DNA of 64,000 bases from Dehalococcoides mccartyi (GTDB taxonomy: Bacteria > Chloroflexota > Dehalococcoidia > GIF9 > DYGU01). The stretch covers positions 29,388 through 93,387 of the forward strand of contig DYGU01000002.1 of the NCBI GenBank assembly GCA_020724525.1. The letters run 5' to 3'. The stretch's first letter is position 1. Each line of letters opens with the position of its first letter. The notes under the pieces were generated by a model, which made no database searches, was not told the DNA's origin, and saw only the letters and a program-made list of their open reading frames with translations. This document shows, in pieces, positions 28,041 through 37,523 of the stretch. The translations under genes and the position numbers were made by a program.

Positions 28041-28851
28041 CCAAAGTGGTTATTGTTAGTGGAGACAAGGAAGGTATCCTTGCCTCAGTTATTGGTCCTA
28101 CTGGTGCTGAACATCGTCGCCTTGCCAATCAGGTCATGCTGGTAGCCTTAACTCAGGCTCATATCCCTTTTGACCAGGTAGATTTTGTGACGGCTACTGG
28201 CTATGGCAGGATAAACGTTCCTTTTGCTGACCGACAGATAACAGAGATACCCTGCCACGCCAAAGGAGTAAAAGCTCTGTTACCATCGGCGAAGATGGTA
28301 ATTGACATTGGTGGTCAAGACTGTAAGGGGATAAAATTAACTTTTGAAGGTAAGGTGGCAGACTTTGTTATGAATGATAAATGTGCTGCTGGTACCGGTA
28401 GATTTCTGGAAGTTGTTGCCGAAGCTCTGGGATAAAGCTGGAAGAAATGGGGAAACTATCTTTACAAGCTAAAAATAAGGTAAAAATTAGCAATACTTGT
28501 ACAGTTTTTGCTGAGCAAGAAGTGGTGTCTCATCTTGCCGAAGGTGCGTCTATTGAAGATATAATCGCTGGGCTTCACGAAGCTATTGCCGGTCGGATAG
28601 TCAACATGGTGGTGGGGCTGGGAATAGAAAAAGAGGTGGTAGCAACGGGGGGAGGTGCCAAAAACATAGGTTTGGTTAAAGCGTTGGAGGAAAAGATAGG
28701 TCAGCCTCTCCTTGTGCCCCCTGAACCTTTGCTCACCGGGGCTCTGGGGGCGGCTTTAGTTGGTAAGGAATTGGTGGCTCAAGGAGCTGTGCGAAAGGCA
28801 GAGCGGCGCCTTGAAGAGGTTACTTTCTTTAAAAATAGAGTAGTTTGCTGA
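27998..28851 (+). pseudogene. 2-hydroxyacyl-CoA dehydratase activator ATPase (BcrAD/BadFG family) with a single -1 frameshift
   Basis: GVDVGSTMTKVV...DIGGQDCKGI...NDKCAAGTGRFLEVVAEALG then continues as IKLEEMGKLSL...NTCTVFAEQEVV in another frame. The shift is at about 28428-28434. Confidence 0.75.
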
Positions 28852-28857
28852 GCCAAA

Positions 28858-29259
28858 ATGAATTATTTTGCTTATGCCTCTAATTTGAATCGCAAACAGA
28901 TGGCGGAGCGTTGTCCTGAAGCTAAACCAAGGTTTACAGCTACTTTGCCCAACTGGAAATTAATATTTACCGGGTGGTCGAGACAATGGCGTGGTGGGGT
29001 AGCCAGCATCAAGCCATACAAAGGTGAAAAAGTTATTGGTGCCATCTATGAAATATCGGAGACAGATTTGAAGTCATTAGATAAATATGAAGGTTATCCT
29101 GCTATCTATAATCGGATAAATGTGATTGTATTCACAGACGCTGGTGATGCTGTAGGAGCTGTTACCTATGTTAAGGTTCAGCAATCGGAAGAAACAAAAC
29201 CTGCGCCAGAATACTTAGCCATTATCCGGCAAGGTTATAAAGACTGGGGACTTATTTAG
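28858..29259 (+). CDS. gamma-glutamylcyclotransferase (AIG2/GGCT-like) family protein
   Basis: 133 aa. Starts MNYFAYASNL and contains YEI..TDL..LDKYEGYP. Confidence 0.75.
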   Translation: MNYFAYASNLNRKQMAERCPEAKPRFTATLPNWKLIFTGWSRQWRGGVASIKPYKGEKVIGAIYEISETDLKSLDKYEGYPAIYNRINVIVFTDAGDAVGAVTYVKVQQSEETKPAPEYLAIIRQGYKDWGLI

Positions 29260-29278
29260 GTAGGGTGATTTTGAGATA

Positions 29279-30059
29279 ATGGCGGACACTCGCTTATTTG
29301 CTGGAATAGACATTGGTTCTGCTTTCACCAAGTCCGTTTTGATGCAAGATAATAAAGTCGTTGCCTTTGAGGTTGTTGCTTCAGGAGGGAATTATAAGGA
29401 AGCTATGGAAAGAGCTATGGGTGGAGTTTTATCTAAAGTTGGCGCTTCCTTAGAAAATATAAGAGTAGTAGCCACAGGATTAGGTTCTGGTGTGGCTTTT
29501 TTTGCTCTTCGTCAGATAAGTGATGTTTCCTGTCAGGCTCGTGGGGCAAACTACCTTTTTCCTACCGTTAGAACAGTAATTGATATCGGAGGGCAATCAA
29601 GTAAAGTAATAAAAGTAGACACCGATGGAGGTGTAGTTGATTTTGTTATCAGTGAAAAATGCGCGCCGGGAGTGGTCGGTTTTTACAGGTCATTGCTCGA
29701 ATCTTGGGTATTGAAGTAAAAGACATAGGTTCTCTTTCTTTAAAATCCAGACAGCCGGTGGAATTTAGCACAAGTTGTGCCGTTTTTGCTGAGTCTGAGA
29801 CTATATCTCGCATTGCTGAAGGAGCGGTTAAAGAAGACATTTTAGCCAGTGTCATAAAGCTTTAGCCACCAAGATAGTCAGTTTAGTGAAAAGGGTCGGC
29901 TTGGCTCCTGATTATATGCTTACTGGGGGTGGTGCTAAGGATGTGGGGCTGGTTCAGATGATAACCGAAGAATTGGGAGTAGAGGTACTTGTCCCTGAAG
30001 AGCCTCAAATAACGGCTGCTTTAGGGGCAGCTTGCTTTGCTGCCGATAGTTTTCTTTGA
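29279..30059 (+). pseudogene. second BcrAD/BadFG-family activator ATPase, two -1 frameshifts
   Basis: GIDIGSAFTKSV...DIGGQSSKVI...SEKCA then shifts to AGSGRFLQVIARILG (about 29668-29674). It shifts again at about 29858-29862 to HKALATKIVSLVKRVGL...LTGGGAKDVG...FL*. Confidence 0.75.
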
Positions 30060-30112
30060 CACCTCAAGATAAAGTTGGTAATCTTGGAAGAAACTTGGAG
30101 CTGGGAGATCGG

Positions 30113-31468
30113 ATGGCTGAAGAAACCAGTAAGGTAGCTATGGAGAAAATAGTCTCCCTGTGCAAGCGACGGGGGTTTATTTTTCCCAGCAGTGAAATTT
30201 ACGGAGGGTTATCCAGTTGCTGGGATTATGGACCTGTGGGAGTCGAATTAAAGCGGAATATCAAAGATAACTGGTGGCGAGCCGTTGTTCAGGAACGGGA
30301 TGACGTGGTTGGTATAGAGAGTAGCATTTTGATGAATCCTCAAGTTTGGGTTGCCAGCGGTCATGTGGATAGTTTTACCGACCCCCTGGTTGAGTGTAAA
30401 GTTTGTCACTTGAGATGGCGGGCAACTGAGTTAAACAGTAACAAATGCCCTGAGTGTTCCGGTGAGCTTACCGAGCCCCGCCTGTTTAATTTGATGTTTA
30501 AGACCTTTATGGGTCCGGTGGAGGAAGAAAGTAGTGTAACTTACCTTCGCCCGGAGACGGCTCAGGGGATGTTTGTTAATTTTGACAATGTACTTGGCGC
30601 CTCGAGGAGAAAACTACCCTTTGGCATTGCCCAGATAGGTAAAGCCTTCCGCAACGAAATTACCCCCGGTAACTTTGTTTTCCGTACCCGAGAATTTGAA
30701 CAAATGGAGATTGAGTATTTCGTTAAGCCAGGGACTGATGACTACTGGCTTGATTACTGGGTGAAGGAGCGATTTAACTGGTATATTAACCTGGGTATCA
30801 GGAAAGAGAACCTCCGTCTCCGTCAGCATGGTAAAGATGAGCGGGCTCACTATGCCGAAGACTGCTATGATGTTGAGTATCTGTTTCCTATGGGTTGGGC
30901 GGAACTGGAAGGAATTGCTAATCGGGGTGATTTTGACCTTGTCCAGCATGCTAAGCATAGCGGCAAAAGCCTTATTTACTTTGATGAAGAGACCGGTGAA
31001 CGTTTTGTTCCTTATATTATTGAACCCTCAGCCGGAGTCGACCGTTCGGCTCTGGCGTTCTTGATTGATGCCTATGATGAGGAGATGGCTGAAGGGGAAC
31101 TAAGGACGGTTCTACATCTTCACCCGGCTTTAGCCCCGATTAAAGTTGCTGTCCTGCCTTTGAGTCGAAATGAGAAATTGGTGCCTTTAGCTAAACAAAT
31201 TTATACCCACCTTCGCCGCTCCTTTATGACTCAGTATGATGATGCTCAAAGTATTGGGCGTCGCTACCGTCGTCAAGATGAAATTGGTACTCCTTTCTGT
31301 GTTACCATAGACTTCGAATCTCTTGAAGATAACCAGGTTACTATCCGCGAGCGGGATAGTATGGCGCAAATAAGAGTGCCTATAAGCGAGCTGGATAAAA
31401 TTCTTCAAGCCAAACTGAAGGGCGAAGCCTTTGATACTCAACCCTTGTGGGCAGTAAGGCAAAAATAA
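30113..31468 (+). CDS. glyQS: glycyl-tRNA synthetase (alpha2 dimeric type)
   Basis: [24 protein letters not shown]-terminus with class II motifs. I prefer ATG 30113 over the TTG 30056 used by the ORF track. Confidence 0.95.
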   Translation: MAEETSKVAMEKIVSLCKRRGFIFPSSEIYGGLSSCWDYGPVGVELKRNIKDNWWRAVVQERDDVVGIESSILMNPQVWVASGHVDSFTDPLVECKVCHLRWRATELNSNKCPECSGELTEPRLFNLMFKTFMGPVEEESSVTYLRPETAQGMFVNFDNVLGASRRKLPFGIAQIGKAFRNEITPGNFVFRTREFEQMEIEYFVKPGTDDYWLDYWVKERFNWYINLGIRKENLRLRQHGKDERAHYAEDCYDVEYLFPMGWAELEGIANRGDFDLVQHAKHSGKSLIYFDEETGERFVPYIIEPSAGVDRSALAFLIDAYDEEMAEGELRTVLHLHPALAPIKVAVLPLSRNEKLVPLAKQIYTHLRRSFMTQYDDAQSIGRRYRRQDEIGTPFCVTIDFESLEDNQVTIRERDSMAQIRVPISELDKILQAKLKGEAFDTQPLWAVRQK

Positions 31469-31486
31469 GGGTTCAATAAGGCAAGA

Positions 31487-32728
31487 GTGAAAATCCTCCA
31501 CTTCGCTGACCTGCACTTAGGTGTTGAGAGTTATGGCTGTCTCGACCCAGACACAGGAGCGTCAACTCGCCTTCTGGATGTTCTCAAGGCTCTTGACCAG
31601 GTAACCTCCTATGCTGTGGAAAATCAGGTAGACTTGGTTATTTTCTGTGGTGATGCTTATAAGAGTCGAGACCCTTCCCAGACTCAGCAGAGGGAATTTG
31701 CTCGACGCCTCAAGTATTTGTCCCAGCATGATATTCCGGTTTTTCTTCTGGTTGGCAATCATGATTTGCCCCATGCTGTTGGTAGGGCTACCACAGTAGA
31801 GATTTTTGATACTTTAGCTATAAGCAATATTTATGTAGCTAATCGTCCCGATATTTATCATATCCCTACCAAGGAGGGCTATGTTCAAGTAGTGGCTCTT
31901 CCCTGGCCCAGGCGCAGTGTCTTTTTGACGAAGGAAACCACTAAGAACCTGACTCTTGAGGAAATAAATGCTCGTCTCCAGGAAATAATGACCCAGAAAC
32001 TTTTGGAGCTTATTCCCCACCTTGACTCCAATCTACCCTGTCTGTTAGCTGCTCATGTCTGGGTAGCTGGTGCTAAACCAGGTTCGGAAAGGAGTATGGT
32101 TATAGGGCGAGAACCTGTTTTACTCCCCAGCAATATCGCCCATTCCGCCTTTGATTATGTAGCTTTGGGTCATATCCATAGAAAGCAAGAGGTATTAAAA
32201 CAGCCACCGGTTGTTTATGCCGGCAGTCTGGAGCGTCTTGACTTTAGCGATGAGGGTGAAGAGAAGGGATTTTACATTGTTAATATTGAATCAAAGAACG
32301 GGGAGAAGCAGGTTAACTATTACTTTTGCCAAATAGATGCCCGTCATTTTGTTACCATGCGGGTTGATGTTAGTAGTGAAGATTCTGAGCCGATGGCAAC
32401 CATTCTTAAGGCTATTTCTCAATACCAGACCGAAGTTAAGGAAGCCATTGTCCGAGTTCAAATTTCGATTCCAGCAGCTAAGGAGACTTTGGTTCATGAT
32501 GCCGACCTTCGCAAAGCACTTAAGGATGCCCACTATGTGGCTATTGCCAGGGAAGTAAGAGCCGAATCTCGCTACCGGTTGGGTGATTGGGTAGCTGAGG
32601 AATTAACCCCCGCGGAAGCGTTAAAAGTCTATTTACAGACTAAGAAAGTATCCCCGGCGCGCCAGCAGGTCTTACTTCAGTATGGCGAGAGCCTCATCGA
32701 GGATAGCCAGAGCCAGCTTGGTTCTTAG
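31487..32728 (+). CDS. sbcD: Mre11/SbcD-family nuclease subunit
   Basis: 413 aa. Phosphoesterase motifs HFADLHLG, GDAYK, GNHD and GHIH. No sbcC/rad50 partner follows. Confidence 0.82.
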   Translation: MKILHFADLHLGVESYGCLDPDTGASTRLLDVLKALDQVTSYAVENQVDLVIFCGDAYKSRDPSQTQQREFARRLKYLSQHDIPVFLLVGNHDLPHAVGRATTVEIFDTLAISNIYVANRPDIYHIPTKEGYVQVVALPWPRRSVFLTKETTKNLTLEEINARLQEIMTQKLLELIPHLDSNLPCLLAAHVWVAGAKPGSERSMVIGREPVLLPSNIAHSAFDYVALGHIHRKQEVLKQPPVVYAGSLERLDFSDEGEEKGFYIVNIESKNGEKQVNYYFCQIDARHFVTMRVDVSSEDSEPMATILKAISQYQTEVKEAIVRVQISIPAAKETLVHDADLRKALKDAHYVAIAREVRAESRYRLGDWVAEELTPAEALKVYLQTKKVSPARQQVLLQYGESLIEDSQSQLGS

Positions 32729-32819
32729 TTGCTTTTATAGATAAGATAGTTTAGAATAGATTTCTCCAGATGAGATCGCTGAAAAATTCCCTATGCTTTC
32801 TCAAAGTAAACCCATGCCC

Positions 32820-32872
32820 AATCTATCTCCAAATCCGGGGCCCCCTGAAAAACTTCGTTTTTCAGGGGTGTT
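32820..32872 (-). repeat. palindromic repeat, copy 1 (perfect 12-bp stem cccctgaaaaac/gtttttcagggg)
   Basis: Its reverse complement aligns with 63013-63066: aacacccctgaaaaacNaagtttttcagNgg...atttNg..tagatt. Confidence 0.8.
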
Positions 32873-32907
32873 AGATATATCTGAATATAGGAAGGTATGT
32901 TTGTCAG

Positions 32908-33282
32908 GTGGTTGATTTTAATTTGCTCCATGAGCGTCTGAAGCGAGAAAAGGCGCGGTTAATAGAGGAGTTAGAGCAATTGAAAGCTCGTCTTCCTCAA
33001 TCTACAGAGAGGCGGGAGGGGAGTCCTTTTGGTAAAAGAGAGGAAGAGGCTACCGAGGTCTTTGAACTGGAGAAAAGGTTAGCCTTAGAAAAGCACCTGA
33101 CAGAAACTTTGGCTGATGTAGGATATGCCCTGCATAAATGGGAAGTCGCGACATATGGGTTATGTGACCAGTGCGGTCAGCCCATAGAGCTAGCTCGACT
33201 GGAGGCATTACCTCAAGCTGTTTTGTGTCTTAAGTGTAAAGTCCGTCAGGCGAAAGATGCGAAAGGGAGACTGGCAAAGTAG
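32908..33282 (+). CDS. DksA/TraR-family C4 zinc-finger protein
   Basis: 124 aa. Coiled-coil N-terminus plus CDQCGQPI...CLKC. Confidence 0.7.
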   Translation: MVDFNLLHERLKREKARLIEELEQLKARLPQSTERREGSPFGKREEEATEVFELEKRLALEKHLTETLADVGYALHKWEVATYGLCDQCGQPIELARLEALPQAVLCLKCKVRQAKDAKGRLAK

Positions 33283-33769
33283 ACGTCGAACCGGGCTGTT
33301 TCTACTCATTGCTGCCTCAGTAATTATTATTGACCAGTTAACCAAGCTGTGGATTAGGAGTAACTTGCCCCTCGGTGCTTCGTTACCTGAAGAGGGTTTT
33401 TTCCGGTTAACCCATGTCCAGAATACTGGCGCTGCTTTTGGACTATTAGCTAACCAGGGTTTCCTTCTAATCATCATTACTTTAGTTGGCTTATTGGTTA
33501 TTATTCTACTCTATCGCCAACTTCGTCTCAGGACAACATTAAGCACTACTGCTCTGGCTCTTATCTTTGGCGGGGCTGTCGGTAATTTGATAGACCGGCT
33601 GAGTCTTGGCTATGTTACCGATTTTATTGATATTCGCCTGTGGGGTGATTTCCACTGGCAAGCTTTTAACTTAGCCGATTCATCGATAACTATAGGTATC
33701 TTTGTTCTTATATTTTTCCTATTTTGGTCGCTAAGAAAAGGGGGCAGCTATATTCGGCGAGTCAAGTAA
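33257..33769 (+). CDS. lspA: lipoprotein signal peptidase II
   Basis: 170 aa. Motifs IIIDQLTK, NTGAAFG and FNLADSSITIG. Confidence 0.88.
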   Translation: MRKGDWQSRRRTGLFLLIAASVIIIDQLTKLWIRSNLPLGASLPEEGFFRLTHVQNTGAAFGLLANQGFLLIIITLVGLLVIILLYRQLRLRTTLSTTALALIFGGAVGNLIDRLSLGYVTDFIDIRLWGDFHWQAFNLADSSITIGIFVLIFFLFWSLRKGGSYIRRVK

Positions 33770-33782
33770 GATTTTTGATATT

Positions 33783-34688
33783 GTGGCAACTACCCCAGGC
33801 ATCCGCCTTGACAAATACTTAGCTGAGACATGTTCCGGGCTTTCCCGTTCTTACCTTCAAAAACTAATTCAACAAGGTTATATTTTAGTTCAGGACAAAT
33901 GGGCAAAACCAAGTCAGAAGCTCCAGGTTGGGGACAGGATAACTATTACTTTACCACCGCCAGTTACTTCATTAGTTGCTGAGCCTATTCCGGTAACTAT
34001 TATCTATGAAGATAAAGACCTTTTGATTGTAGATAAGCCGGCGGGGCTAACCGTTTATCCAGCACCAGGACATCCCAGCCAAACTTTGGTCAATGCTCTG
34101 TTAGCTTGTTGTCTTGAACTGGCTAACATAGATAACTCCTTGCGTCCGGGCATAGTCCACCGCCTGGATAAAGATACTTCAGGGCTAATGATTGTAGCTA
34201 AAAACAAAGCCGCTCAGCAAAATTTGGTTGACCAGTTCAAGTCTCGTTCTGTAGTGAAGGGTTATTTAGTCTTGGTCAAAGGTAAATTGAGTCCAGAGCG
34301 AGGGACGATTGAAGTACCTATCGGACGCCATCCTGTCTATCGAAAACGAATGGCAGTAGTTAGTGGTGGCAGAGAAGCCCGAACCCATTATCAGGTGAGG
34401 CAATATCGGGGAGACTATACCCTCGTGGAAGCTAATCCGGAGACGGGCAGGACACATCAAATACGAGTTCATTTATCAGCTATTGGTTATCCTGTAGTCG
34501 GTGATGCCACTTATGGTGTGAAGTCACCTTACCTCAGCCGGCAATTTGTCCATGCTTACTACTTAAAATTTCACTTGCCTTCTACAGGAGAATACAGGGA
34601 ATTTACCTGTGATTTGCCTTTAGACCTTCGTCGAGCTTTGGAAATGGTTTCTTCGAGATTGCTTACCAATACTTATCCACCATCCTGA
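33783..34688 (+). CDS. rluD: 23S rRNA pseudouridine synthase, RluA/RluD family
   Basis: 301 aa. S4 domain plus HRLDKDTSGL and RTHQIRVH. The last 10 codons and the stop are supplied by a MITE. Confidence 0.9.
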   Translation: MATTPGIRLDKYLAETCSGLSRSYLQKLIQQGYILVQDKWAKPSQKLQVGDRITITLPPPVTSLVAEPIPVTIIYEDKDLLIVDKPAGLTVYPAPGHPSQTLVNALLACCLELANIDNSLRPGIVHRLDKDTSGLMIVAKNKAAQQNLVDQFKSRSVVKGYLVLVKGKLSPERGTIEVPIGRHPVYRKRMAVVSGGREARTHYQVRQYRGDYTLVEANPETGRTHQIRVHLSAIGYPVVGDATYGVKSPYLSRQFVHAYYLKFHLPSTGEYREFTCDLPLDLRRALEMVSSRLLTNTYPPS

Positions 34689-34764
34689 ACAAAGTGGAGA
34701 AACCCTCACCTACCCTCTCCCTTGAAGGGAGAGGAATAAGCAGAGGGTGACAAACTAAACAATC
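34655..34764 (+). mobile_element. MITE-like element, copy B1, flanked by a perfect 9-bp duplication ggtttcttc
   Basis: Direct repeats lie at 34646-34654 and 34765-34773. The ends are gagattgcttaccaat... and ...caaactaaacaatc. The central hairpin is cctcacctaccctctccc ttgaa gggagaggaataag. Confidence 0.85.
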
Positions 34765-34840
34765 GGTTTCTTCAGGTCTTGCTTAAATCGGGGAAGTGTG
34801 TTACACTATAAATCAAAGTCAATATAGGGATGTGATAGAG

Positions 34841-35125
34841 ATGCCGGGGCTGAAAGAATTTGAGGAATCCATGGCTAAACTGAGGCGGGAGCAAATGGAA
34901 AGGGAACAGGGACTCCTGTCTCAGTTGATGAGTCAGGCTCAGACAACTAAGGATTTGAAGGTTTTTGAAGCCGACTTGGCAGCACGGAAGAATGAGATTT
35001 TATTTAAGGTCACGGCTGAGATTGAAGATTGCCAGAATGCAGTAAGGGAGGCTGAAGAGCTCACTAACCGGCTCAAAAAACACCTCATTCAATTGCAGAA
35101 TTTACATCGTATCCTTACCCGATAA
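34841..35125 (+). CDS. hypothetical coiled-coil protein
   Basis: Charged helical sequence with no motif. ATG 34841 is preferred over the upstream GTG 34796. Confidence 0.4.
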   Translation: MPGLKEFEESMAKLRREQMEREQGLLSQLMSQAQTTKDLKVFEADLAARKNEILFKVTAEIEDCQNAVREAEELTNRLKKHLIQLQNLHRILTR

Positions 35126-35330
35126 AGCTTAATCAGACATAAATTCCCTCAAAAATGGAAAATCCCTTCTTATCTCTGTGGTTGTTCAATGATTCTCCAT
35201 TATTTGCCGCATTGATTCCGCTGACATAATCAAAGCTCACAAACATTCCTTCCATCTGCCTGACCATCACCCACGGCATTATAGAAGCCCGAAAGGGAAG
35301 ATGGTAAAATGCTGCTTGAGAATAGAGCCA

Positions 35331-35765
35331 ATGGAAGTAAGGCAAAAAGAGATTGGCATAGAGTTTGCTGGTTTCTGGGCAAGGCTGTGGGCTTTCCTAA
35401 TTGATGTTGCTGTCCTCGGGTCTGCTTGGGCTATTCTCCATATTTTTATGCCAGCTCAGGTCAGTTGGATTTTCCTTGGACTTTTGGGGACTATTTATTT
35501 TATTGGTCTCTGGTGGTGGCGGGGACAGACATTGGGTAAGATGATGCTGAGAATAAAAGTGATTCGCAGTGATGGTTCTTCCCTCACTTTAAGTTATGCC
35601 CTTCTTCGCTATGGGGGAAGTATTATTTGTTGTCTCACCCTTTTTGTTGGCTTTATCTGGCTTGCCTTTGATTCTCATAAACAAGGCTGGCACGATAAAA
35701 TTGCCGATACTTATGTGATAAAGTTATCTCTAAAAGAAGCAGTGTTAGTAGGGACCTATGCCTGA
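35331..35765 (+). CDS. RDD-family membrane protein
   Basis: FAGFWARLWAFLIDV...GQTLGKMMLRIKVIRSDG...KQGWHDKIADTYV is the typical RDD architecture. Confidence 0.75.
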   Translation: MEVRQKEIGIEFAGFWARLWAFLIDVAVLGSAWAILHIFMPAQVSWIFLGLLGTIYFIGLWWWRGQTLGKMMLRIKVIRSDGSSLTLSYALLRYGGSIICCLTLFVGFIWLAFDSHKQGWHDKIADTYVIKLSLKEAVLVGTYA

Positions 35766-37224
35766 AGACATCTTGACTAAGGTAAGAGTGCGGTTTGCTC
35801 CCAGCCCTACTGGTTATCCTCATTTAGGCAACATCCGGACCGCTTTGTTTAACTGGCTTTTTGCCCGTCATTACGGGGGTAGTTTTATTTTGCGCATTGA
35901 GGATACGGATGTGGCTCGTCGGGTGGAAGGAGCTGTAGAAACCATTTTGGAAAGCCTGCGCTGGCTCAGACTTGACTGGGATGAAGGTCCTTATTTCCAG
36001 TCACAACGGCTGGAGATTTATCGGGAAATAGCTGACCAATTGCTTAAGCAAGAGTATGCCTACCTGTGCTATTGTTCTCCTCAACGTCTGGAGTCAATGC
36101 GCCGGGAGCAAATGAAGCAAAAGCAGCCACCAAAGTATGACCGTTATTGTCGAGAATTGACTCAAAAACAAAAAATTGAACTGGAGGCTACTGGTATCAT
36201 ACCCGTAGTTCGTTTTAAAACACCATTAGAAGGGCAAACTACTTTTTATGATTTAATCCGGGGTGAAGTAACCTTTGATAATAGCGTTCTGGACGATTTT
36301 GTTCTTCTCAAGTCTGATGGCTATCCTACATACCACTTAGCCAATATTACCGATGACCATCTTATGGCAATTTCCCATATTCTCCGGGCTGATGAGTGGC
36401 TGTCCAGTACTCCCCGACATGTGTTACTTTACCAGGCTTTGGGCTGGAACCCACCCCAGTTTGCTCATTTGCCCATGATTTTGGGACCCGACCGAGCCAA
36501 ATTGAGCAAACGCCATGGTGCTACCGCCCTCCTTGACTACCGGGAGCGAGGCTATCTTCCCGAAGCTATGATTAACTTTTTGAGTTTGCTCGGCTGGTCA
36601 CTGGATGACAGGACAGAGCTTTTAAGTCGTGAGGAGATAATCAAACATTTCTCTCTGGAGCGAATAAGCAAGACTGCGGCTATTTTCAATAAAGAAAAGC
36701 TGGACTGGATGAGTGGGGTCTATTTAAGGCGTTTAGCCACAGAGGAATTTACTAAACAAGCCCTCCCGTTTTTAGATAGAGATTTACCGGCTTCGGTGAA
36801 ACGCCCGTTAGATTTAGATTATGTTGGTCAAATTATGCCCCTGATTCAGGAGCGAGCCCGGACTTTTGCCGATGTATCTGAGCTAAACCAATTTTTCTTT
36901 ATTGATGAACTGGAATATAATGCCAATCTCCTTCTGAATGCTGGACTGGGAGCCGAGGTAGCCATTAAAGCGCTTCAAACTGTCTTGCCGAGGTTAGCCC
37001 TAATAAAGACCTGGGGTGCTATGGTTTTGGAGACACTTGTCCGTCCCATGGCAGAGGAACTGGGGTTAGAGACAGGCAAATTTTTCGGTCTATTAAGAGT
37101 GGCTATTACGGGGCGGACAGCGGCGCCACCCCTGTTTCAAACCATGGCTGTCTTGGGCAAAAGAAGATGCTCCAGGCGCCTCAGAGCTGCTTTAGATAAA
37201 CTATTTTCTATTGTCGGTCAATAG
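35758..37224 (+). CDS. gltX: glutamyl-tRNA synthetase
   Basis: 488 aa. Motifs RFAPSPTGYPHLGN (HIGH-like) and KLSKRHG (KMSKS). Confidence 0.95.
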   Translation: MPEDILTKVRVRFAPSPTGYPHLGNIRTALFNWLFARHYGGSFILRIEDTDVARRVEGAVETILESLRWLRLDWDEGPYFQSQRLEIYREIADQLLKQEYAYLCYCSPQRLESMRREQMKQKQPPKYDRYCRELTQKQKIELEATGIIPVVRFKTPLEGQTTFYDLIRGEVTFDNSVLDDFVLLKSDGYPTYHLANITDDHLMAISHILRADEWLSSTPRHVLLYQALGWNPPQFAHLPMILGPDRAKLSKRHGATALLDYRERGYLPEAMINFLSLLGWSLDDRTELLSREEIIKHFSLERISKTAAIFNKEKLDWMSGVYLRRLATEEFTKQALPFLDRDLPASVKRPLDLDYVGQIMPLIQERARTFADVSELNQFFFIDELEYNANLLLNAGLGAEVAIKALQTVLPRLALIKTWGAMVLETLVRPMAEELGLETGKFFGLLRVAITGRTAAPPLFQTMAVLGKRRCSRRLRAALDKLFSIVGQ

Positions 37225-37236
37225 CTGGAGGTGAAA

Positions 37237-37428
37237 ATGCCTATAGTCAGAGTTGAGATGTGGTCAGGGAGGACTGTTGCCCAGAAAGCCGAGTTAGCTC
37301 GAGTCATTACTGAAGCTGTGGTGAAAATTGCTAAAATAACCCCTGAAGAGACTATCGTTATCTTTGAGGATATTAACAGGCATAACTGGGCAAAGGCTGG
37401 GATACTGGCTTCGGAGAAAGCTAAGTAA
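37237..37428 (+). CDS. 4-oxalocrotonate tautomerase family enzyme
   Basis: The MPIVRVEMW N-terminus (catalytic Pro1) requires a start at ATG 37237. About 63 aa. Confidence 0.8.
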   Translation: MPIVRVEMWSGRTVAQKAELARVITEAVVKIAKITPEETIVIFEDINRHNWAKAGILASEKAK

Positions 37429-37523
37429 GTGGACTCAGCAATGAGATGCCTAGTCCGCCACTAGTGCCCGAAAAAGAAACGGGGGGCTTCAATCGAAGAC
37501 CCCCGCCTGGATCCTGTCAAGGT

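Noticed and set aside
35133-35345. 70-aa minus-strand ORF, or a possible riboswitch, in the 200-bp gap before the RDD-family gene
   Set aside because: There is no ribosome-binding site and the composition is odd (aromatic and Met-rich). I could not recognise any known riboswitch or T-box core, or a convincing stem-loop series.
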